A stretch of 64,000 nt of DNA from Hypanus sabinus. Lineage: Eukaryota. A model generated the notes under the pieces. That model searched no databases. It was not told the DNA's origin and saw only the letters and a list, made by a program, of their open reading frames with translations. The position numbers and the translations under genes were made by a program. The stretch lies in the NCBI RefSeq assembly GCF_030144855.1, contig NC_082721.1, positions 23,064,001-23,128,000 of the forward strand. The letters run 5' to 3'. Every line of letters begins with the position of its first letter. The first letter of the stretch is position 1. Of the stretch, positions 39,614 to 52,019 are shown piece after piece.

Positions 39614-40298
39614 ATTGCTGTTACGCTATAAAGAATGGCAGAAGTGGGGTAAAAATGCATTTTAATTGGAAAATTGAATAGAACAGATGGACTGGAAAAT
39701 AGTAGTGATAGGTTATACAAATCAGGCAAAGCCCAATTCAATTCCAAGCCTGTACCTTTACCTTATCTCATAAGGTGCTGCAGATTTCCTTTGTGCCAGT
39801 CTAACCAGAGGGGGAAAAAACCAGCCAGTTCCCACTCTTGATCATTATCTGATAACCTGAGTACTAGATTCCTGATGAGTTGTACTCACCCTGTTACGCA
39901 TCCTGGATAAATGGCCTTCTATCACTCATCTACATTTAAGCATGGAAGTCATGCATCAAAGATGCTCATTGAACTGTAATCGTGGAAATCTGTGTCTTTA
40001 GGAAATGTGAAAATGCAATATCACACAAAAAAAATTTAAATAATCCGAAAGGTTTTAACCAGCAAGGGATCAAACTTCAATTACCCCTTGCTTCAGTGCT
40101 AATTGTAAAATAGGAAAGCACATGAAGGACAATGTTTTAGTATGTCTGAGTAATGCATAGATTCAAGATTGTTCAACAATATTTCCAGTACTGTAGTGCA
40201 AAGGAGAATGCAAGAATTACCACTACGGATCTGATGTGGTACCAAAACAAACAAGATAAATGAACACAATTTTTAAAACGGTAAATATAAATATGTAA

Positions 40299-40457
40299 AC
40301 AATCTATCCTGCCCCCCCCCCCCCAACCTTTTAAATCTACGCCCTAGCTTTTTTTCTCCAGTCCTGCCAAAGGGTTTCGGCCCAAAACATAGACTGTACT
40401 CTTCTCCATAGATGCTCCCTGCCTGCTGAGTTCCTCCTGCATTTTGTGTGTGTTGCT
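40299..40457 (+). repeat. Penelope-derived terminal unit with a hammerhead remnant and a 14-bp TSD
   Basis: cagtc-CTGCCAA-agggtttcggccc-AAAAC-ata-gactg. The TSD ATATAAATATGTAA is at 40285-40298 and 40458-40471. Confidence 0.85.
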
Positions 40458-40797
40458 ATATAAATATGTAAGGTAGCCATTTACACAGATTGATTGCATG
40501 TCTGTGGAAGGTGAATGACAGGAAATTAATAAAGTTGGGGTGGGATTAGTGGGTGGAGCTGTTGATCAGCCTTACTGCTTGGGGAAAGTCACTTTTTCTG
40601 AGTCTGGTGGTCCTAGTGTGGATGTTGCATAGCCTCCTCCCTGATAGGAGTGGAACAAACAACCCATGAACAGGGTGGGTGTGATCCTTCGTGATGTTAT
40701 TGGCCCTTTGCTGGTACATTTCTGTATATATAGCCTTGATGGTGGGAAGACTGGTGCCAATGATTCTTAGGGCAGTTTTGACTACTTGCTATAGAGG

Positions 40798-41840
40798 TGG
40801 GGAAAAGCTCCATTCAATGCAGGTTGGCATTTCCATTGCATCCTGAATAGTGGACTACCTGACTAGCAGACCACAGTATGTGTGGCTTCAGAGCTGTGCA
40901 TCAGACAGGGCTACAAACAGCACTGGGGCCTCACAGGGGACTGTATTGGCTCCCTTTCTGTTTACCCTGTATACCTCAGAATTTAGACACAACACTGAGT
41001 CATGTCATCTGCAGATGTTCTCTGAGGACTCAGCAATAGTTGGGGGTGTATAAAGAGGAGGAATGGGAGGATGAATACAAGCTCCTGGTGGAGGACTTTT
41101 TCAAATGGTGCAAGCTGAATCATCTGCCCCTCAACATCAGTAAGTCAAAGGAGATGGTGATGGACTTTAGGAAAACTAAGCCTGCACCGCTCCCTTTTCA
41201 ACATTGATGGTGATGGTGAGGACCTACAAGTAGCTGGGGGGTGGGGGGCACTTAGATGACAGACTTGAGTGGAGCACTGACACAGAGACTGTGTACAAGA
41301 ATGCCCAGAATTGCCTCTACTTCCTGAGGAGATGGGTCTCTCCACATGCCCTACCAGTCTGTTTTGCACCAGTAAAATCTTCTATGCGGTGTTGTGCTGG
41401 GGCTTCAACGCGGATGATGCCAACAGGCTCAATAGACTGATTAGAAAGGCTGGCTCTGATTTTGGAGTCAAACTGGACACACTGGAGGCTGTGGGAGAAC
41501 AAAGGACCCTACAGAAAATCCTGGCAATTCTAGACAATGTTTCTCAACGCTCTGCATGCCAATCTAGCTGAACAGAGGAACACTTTTAGTAATAGACTAA
41601 GACAACTGCGCTGCTCCAACGAACGCTATATGAGGTCATTCTTATCCTCGGCTATTAGGCTATATAATGAGTCAACCTATAGCGGGGGAAGTGATAACCC
41701 TTTCCTGTTAAACTGTTTGAGGTAACTTATTTTTATTACTTTTTTTTGTACTTCTGTCCTAATATTTGAATGTCTGTACACCGGTGATGCTACTGTGGCA
41801 CTGTAATTTCCTTTGGGACCAATAAAGCATCTATCTAGAG
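40798..41840 (+). mobile_element. 5'-truncated Rex1/Babar-type LINE nested in an opposite-strand LINE remnant (about 40160-40797 and 41841-41980)
   Basis: DYLTSRPQYV..TGASQGTVLAPFLFTLYTS..FSEDSAIVG, plus KEMVMDFRK and RSFLSSAIRLYN. The tail is aataaagcatctatcta, and TAGAG is repeated at both junctions. Confidence 0.85.
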
Positions 41841-42357
41841 TTTTCCTGTCCACGGCAGTGCAGTTTCCATACCGTGCAGTGATGCAGATGATTAGGATGC
41901 TCTCTGCTGTGTATCTGTAGAATGAAGTGAGATGTGCATAGTTCAGCTCTCTTCATCCTCCTCAGAAAGTAGAGTTGTAGGAAGTATTAGAAGAATTCTC
42001 CTAAGAATTAGTAGATGGTAGGAATTAAATTATACCATTTTATCTGAGGGCAGCAACAAAGACCTGCAATAAATTAAATAATCTATGGCTGACCACAGCC
42101 TTGAAAACCATGGGAGATATTATTCTGTTATTAACACTTCAACTAGTTTTCTAGTCCTCTGCATACAGTAAGTGACTAACAGTGTGTAGTTGACTCTCAG
42201 CCTTCTCTGAAATGATTTGAAAAGAAGCAATCTTTAAAAAAAATCTATAGACCATCGTCTTCGTAAGGTAACTAAATGTCCAGTTAATGCGGCTTTATCT
42301 TGCCAGAGATCCCAACATCAACACCTGGAATAAGTAAATGGACTAAATGATGTGATT

Positions 42358-42534
42358 GTTGGCTACATGGTCATGGATGGTTTGATGCTATAGAAAGAGT
42401 GGCAAAAAGTCAGAAAGTGTTGGGGTGAGAAACATATTTTCTTTGATGGTTGGCTACATGGTCATGGATGGTTTGTATTATTGATGCTGCAGAAAGTCAG
42501 AAAGTGTGGTTGTGAGAAACATATTTTTATTGAT
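42358..42534. repeat. Imperfect two-copy tandem duplication with a period of about 91 bp
   Basis: gttggctacatggtcatggatggtttg...aaagtcagaaagtgt..gtgagaaacatatttt occurs at 42358 and 42449. Confidence 0.85.
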
Positions 42535-45149
42535 CTGGGATTTTATGGTCTGAATTTTTGAAGGTGTCAGGACAAGTTGAGAAGTTGCCTTCGAGAAAAG
42601 CCTGAAATTAACACTGAACTTTTATACAGTAAAATCCCACTCTGATAAATGACTTTTCAAAACCTTTTATCAGATCTCACAATTTTCCAATACTGCAGCA
42701 AGCACTCTAGTACATCACACCACCCTCATGGTGAACTTACCAAAAGTGGTTTCAAATGCTGCTGGTTGGTATTGTACTCACAATGGTATTTATAGTAGTC
42801 CTTGCCTTAAGTTGCACATTTACATTGTATTCATAAAGAAACGTTTATGTGAACAAGATGAAAAAAAAAGAAAGAAATCATTTTAAGTCAAAGGTGAGAA
42901 ACTTCAGAGGAGATGATGCTAAGAAGACTGACCTCAATTAGACAAGAGAGAAAATCTAATTTTGACTAGAAAATACGCATACACTCCTGTGACATGAAAG
43001 CTCCAAGAAAGCCAAATTTTAATGCAAGTTCAGAAGCAAGTAAATTTTTAGATGTCCAGCATATTGTACTAAAATAAATAAGTTAAGTAGGACTTTGAAC
43101 TTTTTTTACCTGAAGGGTCAGCTCTCTTTCCCTCTCCACAGGGATTGCCCAACCAGAGTATTTCCAGCATTTCTGGTTCTCATTTCAGTGTTTGATGTAA
43201 ACAGGTTGCCCTCATACACTGCAGCTATCCCAGTCTCTGAACCAATGTAATGTTACCAATACAGCAATTCCAATAGCCTCATTTCCCCTATTATTTCTCT
43301 GTAACCCTACAACTTATTCTATCACTCATATACATGGACTCCAACTTTGATTCTACAGGAAGCTACAGCATTCCAGGGAATAAAAGTATAAGAAAAATGG
43401 TAAATAATGATGACTGCGTTCAAGATTTCAGGCCATTTTACAGCACCACTATGATGTCCACTAAACGACCTTCTCATGAAAAATTGGAAGACTTCATAAA
43501 GTTTTGTTCCCAAAGCTGAAAGACAGCTAGAACAGAAATTGTTAACAGAACTCTTAATGATATAGAAGAGTTAGTTGAAATGAAGAAAACATTTTTAAAG
43601 TCCTGCAGAAATTATAAATTGTAATATAAGTCAAGAAGCCGAAAGAATGTGATAAGCCCACTGAAGCAGATAACTTTCATAAAGATAAAAAAAAAATTAG
43701 CTAGTGCAATAAAATTCTCAGAAACAACGGTTGTTATTCAGCGTAGGAAGTCAGGCCGATATAAATTTGTGCCCTATTCTTGTACAAAAAAGACAAGTAT
43801 TAAGTCTCTGAATCCATAAGTTTCTGGTATTTGTCATTGGGGTTAAGAATACACTGTACAGCCTCTCTAGTAAATTCAGCAAGACCTTAAGGAAGTGCGA
43901 CAATAACTAAATAAGACGTGAAAAAGTGCAAGCTACCTTTTCATTACCTGTGTTATTTGATTACATACTGGGTAATTTAGCTCTTACATAACCATCTTAT
44001 TCAATTAACCAGCATGCTAAATCTGCCAGATGCAAAAGAACTAAGCTCATGTTAACTGACGTGTTTGGTTCCAACTGATGTTTTTTTATCCATTTCTGGG
44101 AACCACACTTTAAGAAGTATAAAAATGGTGCTAGTCATCTGGGGTCAGTTAAGCGGAAAGACTTGTGCCAAATTCAACAGTGTGATATTACTCAGCATTA
44201 GCACCATCTTTTGACAAAGTGAAACTAATACTAGCTGGGGATTACTTGCTCTGAGTACTGAACCTCCTTGACGTTGCTTGACTCAAGACCAGAAGCTTAT
44301 TCACTTCTTAAGGATCGTTGATGTATACAGTACTTGAATGTGGTAGTCCTGAAACTATTGTCTCTGCCATAAGCTGCACTATTTGCAACCTTCTTCACTA
44401 CCAAGGGAAACCATTACAGCTAATGTGAATGACCATTTTCGCTAAATTTGCCCCACTATAAAAACACTGATAGTTACCTGTAGTATTAGAGTTATTAATA
44501 TGTAGCCTAAAGTGTTACTTAACAAACTTTTGCACAATGTTCAAGTCATTCTCTTTCTTATATGCAAGAAATATAGTTTTTCTATACTTATGAAGCTTCA
44601 GATTCTAACTTCATCTATAAGTCATCTGTGATGATTGAAAAAGTAACTAAAATTAATGTACTTGCTTCCAGTAAGCTGAGAATTTGTGCTCAGCCAGCTT
44701 GATGACATCACAGCGGCTGATCACCAGGGACTCCCCGTCCACGGATGCTCAACAACCTCTGATGCCAAAGAGGATATTCCCACCACAAAGGTCACTGGGT
44801 CTTTGTGGTGAGTTATCTTTGAGGCCAGCGGCTCAGGCCTGTTGCTTAACTGATGACCGCAAATTCTCGGCAATAGTTTGACATCAGGTTGTGATCTAGA
44901 ATGCACTGCCTGAAAGAACACCAACAGCAGAGTCAGTGGTGACATTCAGTTCAGAACTGGAGAAATAGTTAAAGATTTAATTAACTGGAAAGAACAGTGA
45001 TTAATTTGATTGGCCGTGAAATAGACAGAACAGAAGAGACATTATGGGCCAAGTGGCCTTCCTTGTGAGTTCCAACGTTGTACAAATAGGATTGGCATTT
45101 AATTCAAGAGATGTTATTTACTTTTTGGTATCTTATAGTTTTCTGGGCG

Positions 45150-46131
45150 TCCAAGGTGACCAGAGTATTACTTCTCTTCAGCGAAGTGCCTTCAGTTTCA
45201 GAAAGCTTTCATGAAAGTAAGTCATGTTTTATCAGAGTGTATTCTCTTCAAATATTCAAGGAGCCTGACCGGTTTCATTGCCTCATTTGAAAAAAACGTT
45301 TCCAACAATGGACACCTTGGCTCTTGTTGGTTGCTTGGTGCTGGTATAAATCTGTATTTCAGATACTCCGCCCTATACTGTTGACACTCCTTTCTCATTT
45401 GGTCTGTTTCTGCCATTTTCATGATAGATTAATGACTGCCATCAATTGGCAGGTGTTTAAATCCAACTTCAGGTATTGCAATTAGTAAAGGGGTAAGTTA
45501 TGAATTAAGGTAAAACCTGACATTCTGCCTGAAGGTACATAAAGTGGGGCAGTGATATCTCAGTTGAGTCATGAATTGGAGAAGTGATATCAAGACCGTT
45601 CAAAAGGGCAAATTCTGAACTTTACCCCATTGAACATCATACAGGAATTGCATCACTGAGTGATCAGTGTATGGGAATCATACTAGTCAACACTATACAA
45701 CAGTAGTGAACAGCAAAAATGTGCAGATCATACCTGGAGATAATATAATTCCTTCAGTCTGGATTTCTCACAATAAGCCAAATGCAGAAGTGTCATTGCT
45801 TTCAACAACCATAACGCACTTCGAGCAAGGTCTAAGAGAATGGTGGGTTAGCAAGAGGTGTGATCATATAACAATTACAGCATATAACCATATAACAATT
45901 ACAGCACGGAAACAGGTCATCTCGGCCCTCCTAGTCCGTGCCGACATTGTAGTCAGTTACGAGGTACTGAGGATCAACTGCTTATAATAAAGTAATTATG
46001 TCTGTAATTATTCCTCAGCTGCCCCATTGCCACCAAGCACCCCCCAATATCCCCTTTATCTTTATTACCCCCTTAAAAATTCCCACTGCCCCGGGGGGGG
46101 GGGGTGCTATCATCCACTTTGGGAACCACTG
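45150..46131 (-). mobile_element. hAT (Charlie/Buster-type) transposon 5' fragment, interrupted by other sequence
   Basis: The TIR CAGTGGTTCCCAAAGTGG ends at 46131. The transposase N-terminus QYRAEYLKYRF..PRCPL..FSNEAMKPVRLLEYLKRIH (45222-45422) is typical of Charlie/Buster elements. Confidence 0.75.
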
Positions 46132-46134
46132 GTG

Positions 46135-47075
46135 TAGGAGGCTGTCTTGGGTTACAGTGTGAATATCGACAGGATGCAAAGTTGGACAGCGAAGTGCCGG
46201 ATGGAGTTCAACCTGGAAAAGCATGAAGCGACTCACTTTGGACGATCATCCGGGGAGGTAGAGTATAGGGTGAATGGCAGGCTTCCTAGCAGCGTAGAAG
46301 AACAGAGGGAAGTAGGGGTCCAAGCCCTGAGATCCCTCAAAGTCACTGTATGAGTTGATAGGATGACTAAGAAGGCATATGGTGTGCTGGTCTTCATCAG
46401 TTAAGAGGGTGAGTTCGAGCAGCTCTTGAAATCTGGCTAGACCACACTTGAAGTATTGTAAAATACATAAAATGCTGGAGGAACTCAACAGGCCAGACAG
46501 CGTCTATGGAAAAGAGTAAACAGTTGACATTTTGGGCCGAGACCCTTCATCAGTACTGATAAAATATTGTGTTTGGTTCTGGTTATCTCAACATACGAAG
46601 CTTTAGTGAAGATGCAGGGGAGATTTTTCCAGAATGCTGCCCATTAAAGAATATCTCTTTTGAGGAAAGTCTGTGCAAGCCAGTGCTTTTCTCTTTGGAG
46701 AAACGGAGAATGAAAGTTAACATGTTGGAGGTGTGTAAGATTATGAGAGGTATAGATAGAGTGGACGACTAACACCTTTTTCCCAGAGTGGCAATAGCCA
46801 ATGCCAGGGGCAGCCATTTAGAGTAAATGGAGGAAAGTTTAGGGGAGGTGTCAGAGGCAGGACTTTTACACAGAGTCGTGGATGCCTGGAACGCACTGCA
46901 GGGGGTGGTAGTAGAGATTGATACAACAGGGATATTTAAAATTCTTTTAGTTTGGCATACTGATGTAAAAAAATGGAATGTTATGGGCTGTGTAAGAGGG
47001 AGGAGTTAGATTGATTGTGGAGTAGGCTTACTTGGGTCAGCATAACATTGTAGGCCGAAGGGGGTCACACTCGAC
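46135..47075 (+). repeat. Decayed CR1 3' portion with a Penelope-derived unit inserted at 46460-46561
   Basis: MEFNLEKHEATHFGR, FSLEKRRMK and RVVDAWNALQ. The minus-strand insert reads cagta-CTGATGA-agggtctcggccc-AAAAT-GTC-aactg and is flanked by aagtattgt/aaatattgt. Confidence 0.8.
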
Positions 47076-47747
47076 TGTTCAATACTTTAAACCTGCAGAT
47101 GCCGGCTATCTGAAGCACAACCAAAGTGATGGAAGTACTCAGCAGGTCAAACTGTATCAGTGAGGATAGAAACAGTGAATGTTTTGTGCCAAAGACCTTT
47201 CCTCAGAAGTGGAAATTTGAAAACAAGTGTGTGAAGTTGCTGACAGTGAGGGTGGAGATAGGGTGCAGATCAAAGTTGTCAAGCTAGACGAGAATGCAAA
47301 AACTGTGGGTACTGGAAATCAGAATCAAGAAAAAAAATGCTGGGAAATCTCACTAAGGTCAAAGATCCCTTATCAACACCGAACTGTCTTTGAAATGAAA
47401 ATGAACTCTGCTTCTCTTTCCACAGATGCTGCCTGACTTGCTGAGTGCTTTCCAGCATCTTTTGTTGTTGTTTTGGTGTTTTTATGCAGAACGGACTCCA
47501 TGGGCCACATGGCCTAATTCTGCTCCAATGCTATCTATATCTTATCGTCTTGTTTTTTTAAAGTTCTCTAGATAACAATGTACAAAGCAACAATTAAGAA
47601 GGGGGAAAAGAGGAAATTACAGAACCAAAACAATACAGGTAATGTTGTGAAGGGGAAGGAAAATAATTGGAGCTGGTTCCTGAAATTTTTACTTTCAATT
47701 TTAAACCCTAAGGGTTTAAATGAGTCCAAAAAGAAACCGGGTACAAT

Positions 47748-48015
47748 CACAATCAAGAGAAAATCTGTAGATGCTGGAAATCCAAGCAACACGGACAAAA
47801 TCCTGGAGGAACTCAGCAGGTCAGGCAGCATCTATGGAAAAGAGTAAACAGCCAATGTTTCAGGCCAGGACCCTTTATCAGGACTCATGAGAGGTCTCAG
47901 CTCAAAACATTGACTGTGTACTCTTTTCCATAAGAAGGTTCTCGGCCCGAAACATTGACTGTTTATTCTTTTCCGTAGATGCTGCTAGCCAGCTGAGTTC
48001 CTCTAGAATTTTGTG
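47748..48015. repeat. Inverted and partially tandem Penelope-derived units joined at the hammerhead motif
   Basis: The minus arm ends ...ggaccctttatcaggact at 47885. Two plus-strand partial copies follow (…ggtctcagctcaaaacattgactg and …tctcggcccgaaacattgactg). Confidence 0.8.
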
Positions 48016-48239
48016 AGAAGTTGAGCTTAAACTCTCTTGGGCTTCCAGTTGGATACACACAAGGATTAGTAAAGGGTTCTCTTACTGGTGCACAAAGGTG
48101 TTTTACAAAATGATCAACCAAGATTTTTGATTCTGCAAACCAATAATCTCTTTATCTATGATTTATAATCTCCACCTCCTCCAACAGAATTCTATCACCA
48201 GACACATCTACTATCTCTTCCATACCATTGTTACAAAGC

Positions 48240-48790
48240 TCAAGTTCAAAATGTTTGTATAGGTCACCATATACCACCCTGAGATTCATTTTCTTGCAGG
48301 ATTTCACTGTAGAACAGAGAAATACAATGGAATCTATGTAAAACTACACACAAACGAACAGTGATAACCAACCAATGTGCAAAAGAAGACAAACTGTGCA
48401 AGTAAATGAATAAATAAATAAATAAACAAACAAACAAATACTGAGAGTGGGTTGTAGAGTCCTGGAAAGTGAATCGATAGGTTGTGGAATGAGTTCAAAG
48501 TTGTGGTGAGTGAAGATATCCATGCTGGTTCAGGAGCCTGATGGTTGGAGGGTAAATACTGTTCCTGAACCAGGTGGTGCGAGACCTAATGTACCTGTAA
48601 TTCCTGTCTGATGACAACAGCGTGAAGAGAGCACACCTGGAATGTGGGGGTCCTTGACGATGGACGCCGCCTTCTTGTAGCATATCTGCCTGTAGATACA
48701 CCCAATGGTGGGGATGAGCTGGGCTTTATCCACCACTTTTTGTAGGCTTCTCCGTTCATGGGCATTGGTGTTTCCACACCATTCCATCCA
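48240..48790 (-). repeat. Rex/Babar-type LINE 3' fragment
   Basis: RSLQKVVDKAQ..KKAASIVKDP.HP..LLSS.RNYR..RTTWFRNSIYPPTIRLLN. Confidence 0.75.
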
Positions 48791-49688
48791 TTCCCTCTGT
48801 CATCCACTGCTCTACCAATCGCTCTCCTGCTCATGTTTCCCCCTGCAGCTGCAGGAGCTGAAGCACGCGGCCTTTTCACCTCTTCCCTTCCCACAATCCA
48901 GCTACCCCAGTCAGGCAGCGATTCATTTGCATTTCTTCTAGTTTAATGTGACTTGGAGAGATGGAATGCAGAGTGGGTAACCGCTTTCAGGAATACCCTC
49001 ATTCATTCTGTAAGGGCAGCCTTGAGTTTCCAGTTCCCCATCACTTTGATTCTCCACACCTTATCCTGCCCTGAATTCTTTGCTTTGACCTCCTCAATTG
49101 CCCAACAGAAGTTTCAGGAGCATGTATCATTCTCCATGAACCCCATGGGACTTACTTCAGCAGTTGATAATCACCCTTCTTTCTCTTTGCACATGTGTCT
49201 GTATCTTTCTGTTTCAGTTTATTATTTTTCAATCTCCAAAAATGACGTTTTTAATTTGTCTTCACAATTTTGTCCTGCAATTTGTCATAGACATTCACTT
49301 CCCCCTTCCTGCAAATTCACACATTTATTTCCTCGTTTTTCCACTTCTTGATGTAGGGTCCTTGTCCTGAAGAGTCCCCTTGGTTTTTCTCCACATTGAT
49401 GTTGTCTAGCCTGCTGAGTGCTTCCGTTTTCTGTCTTTGAACGCAGTGAGTGATTTTTTTACTTAGACAGATTGAAGGTCAAATCTGGTGCCTTTCTGGT
49501 GCAGAAAGCATTAGCACCAGAATGGAAAACATCTGCATGAAATAAGCATTTGGGGAACCTAACTAATGCTCACCAGTTTCTAATAATTCAAACTATTGAG
49601 CAATGTAGTTTTATTGCAGATTTTCTTGTGCTCGTATCTCACATTAACATCAAGAACTGTACTCATAATTTAACAGAATTTAACTTAA

Positions 49689-49905
49689 GGCCATGGTAGC
49701 GTTGGGGTTAGTGTAATCCTATTACAGCGCCAATGACCTCCCTGAAAGTGGTTTCTACATTCTCCCCATGGTCTTCCTCTGGATGCTCTGGTTTCTTCCC
49801 ATGTTCCAAAGACATTGGGTTGGTAGGTTCATGGGCGTAACTGGGCAGCAGAAACTCATTCAGCTGGAAGGGCCTGTTACCGTACAGTATCTGTAAATAA
49901 ATAAA
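49689..49905 (+). repeat. V-SINE-like element
   Basis: tRNA-like head and cattctccccatg..tgctctggtttcttcccatgttccaaagac core, with an (aaat)n tail. Confidence 0.6.
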
Positions 49906-50375
49906 AAATAAACAGAGCCAATAAATGCAAATACTCCTTTGATGAGACTTTAACCCAATTTCCAAAAGAGCAAAAGTGACAGTTATTGGAAAAAAAAGTT
50001 TAGAACAACTTATTCCTAATGACTACCTTTGGGATCAAAATATGTATGACTTTATGAACCTGTAGGGATGAATTTTCCAAGCTGGGCTTTATCACAACAA
50101 ATACCTTCAGCTGTCGACAGAGCTTGTGTTGGAAATTTTGAACTGAGCAGATGAGAACAAGGTACAAATACTGCTCTTCTCGTAATTTGCCTTTTTCACT
50201 TCCTGAATTAAAATGAAAGGGAAGCACCATTAGGTGTGGCGTAAAGTAGGCAAACAAGCCGATCCCAGGTGATATACTGTAGGTAAAACTTAACTTCATG
50301 CTGCATTGCAAACAGCCACTTGAGCAAGGGTGTTGAAGAGTTGAGGCTGTCCATCTGAATGAAAACATTCTACCA

Positions 50376-50485
50376 GCAACACACACAAAATGCTGGAGGA
50401 GCTCAGCAGGTCAGGCAGCAGTTATGGAAAAGAGTATAGTTGATGTTTCAGGCTGAGACCCTTCATGAGGACAGGAGAGAAAGAG
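50376..50485 (-). repeat. Penelope-derived terminal unit with a hammerhead remnant and a 12-bp TSD
   Basis: The minus strand reads gtc-CTCATGA-agggtctcagcct-GAAAC-ATC-aact. The TSD AACATTCTACCA is at 50364-50375 and 50486-50497. Confidence 0.85.
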
Positions 50486-50998
50486 AACATTCTACCATCT
50501 TAGTTTTCCATCTATTAAGATTACTAGACAGAAAATCAATGACTGGAGTTGCCAGACTTCCCTCCGAGCATCGTAGAAAAATGTTCCACTAAAAATTCCA
50601 GGAAAGCCCAAGGCGGTGAGGAGAGGCAAAGTGGAAACTGTGTTTAAAAGAATCCAGACTTTGTATAACGAACTATTTGCACGCCATGTGCAAAAATTGA
50701 TGGGGAAGCCCTAGTCATTGTTATGAAATGGGTGTGAACTTGACCTTGGGTTTCCACTGATTAGATGGAATGATTCAGAGAGGGGAAAAAATACATGCGT
50801 GTGCCAAGGTGAAATATTGAAATCGTTGCTGCGATAAACTATTTGGAAAAAAACATTGTTTTTAATTTTTCAGCTCTATTTATATATATATAAATTGGGT
50901 TCCTGCTCTATTTCATACCCTTTTAAATACTTTTGGAGAAAGACAAGGGAATGTTATCACTGACCAAACACTCCATTTCGGACTGAACACCGAACCTT

Positions 50999-51595
50999 TG
51001 CCGAGCATCCACGTTGCATCCGCCGGAACAAGTGGGATCTCCCACTGGCCACCCATTTTAATTCCACTTCCCATTCCCGTTCTGATATGCCCATCCATGG
51101 CCCCCTCCACTGCCGGGATAAGGCCACACTGAGGTTGGAGGAACAGCACCTGATATTCCATTTGGGTAGCCTCCAACCTGATGGCATGAACATGGATTTC
51201 TCAAACTCCCAGTAATGCCCCCACCTCCCCCCTCCCCTGCCTTCACCATTTCTCATCCCCTTGCCCATCTCCTTGCTCGTTCATCGCCTCCCACTGGTAC
51301 TTCTCTCCCCACTCCCTTCTTTCTGCTATGTCCTTCTGTCTCTTTCACCAATCAGATTCCTAACTCTTTGCTTCATCCCTCCCCCTTCCAAGCTTCACCT
51401 GTCATCTGGTGTTTCTCCCTCTCCTCCCCACCACCTCTCAAATCTACTCCTCAGCATTTCTTCTCCAATCCTGTGGAAGGGTTTCAGCCCGAAACATCGA
51501 CTGTACTTTTTCCACAGATGCTGCCTGTCCTGCTGAGTTCCTCCAGCATTTTGTGTGTGTTGCTCAGATTTCCAGACTTTCTCTTGCTTGTGATA
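50999..51595 (+). mobile_element. Penelope-like element 3' end (post-GIY-YIG segment plus terminal repeat with hammerhead remnant)
   Basis: PLATHFNS..LRLEEQHLIFHLGSLQPDGMNMDF is homologous to 14580-14740. The end reads caatc-CTGTGGA-agggtttcagccc-GAAAC-ATC-gactg, and GAACCTT is duplicated at both flanks. Confidence 0.85.
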
Positions 51596-52019
51596 GAACC
51601 TTCCTCATCCATTTGGTATCAGGGTACCAAGCAGCAGAGATATTCTTCAAGACATCACCTGACCTCTTAAAACCTTTGTTTCTACAGCTAAAGGCTCCAT
51701 CAGAGTGATCTCCAGAGGTTTGGGGCTACGACACGTGTAATTTCTTTTCCTTGTTCCTTTGCTTCCGTCCTCCGTTTCTTGTTGAGATGCTTGAAGAATT
51801 TGGAACACCCGATGACAGTGAATGTGGTGCAACTGCACTGATAGCAAAAGGGTAAAGGAAACGGAGGGCTTGCCGAGTGGGTGAGAAGGGAAGGGCTGGG
51901 AATGCAGTGTGTGGAGTACAAATGATGGAGTGTATTAGTTGAACTGAAAGTCCTATTTCCATGCTTTTGACCATGTATGCCACGAGAAAGCAGCATCCAT
52001 CATAAAGGACCCCCCCCCC

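Noticed and set aside
42358-42534. CRISPR-like or functional repeat array
   Set aside because: Only two imperfect tandem copies with no spacers, in eukaryotic DNA.
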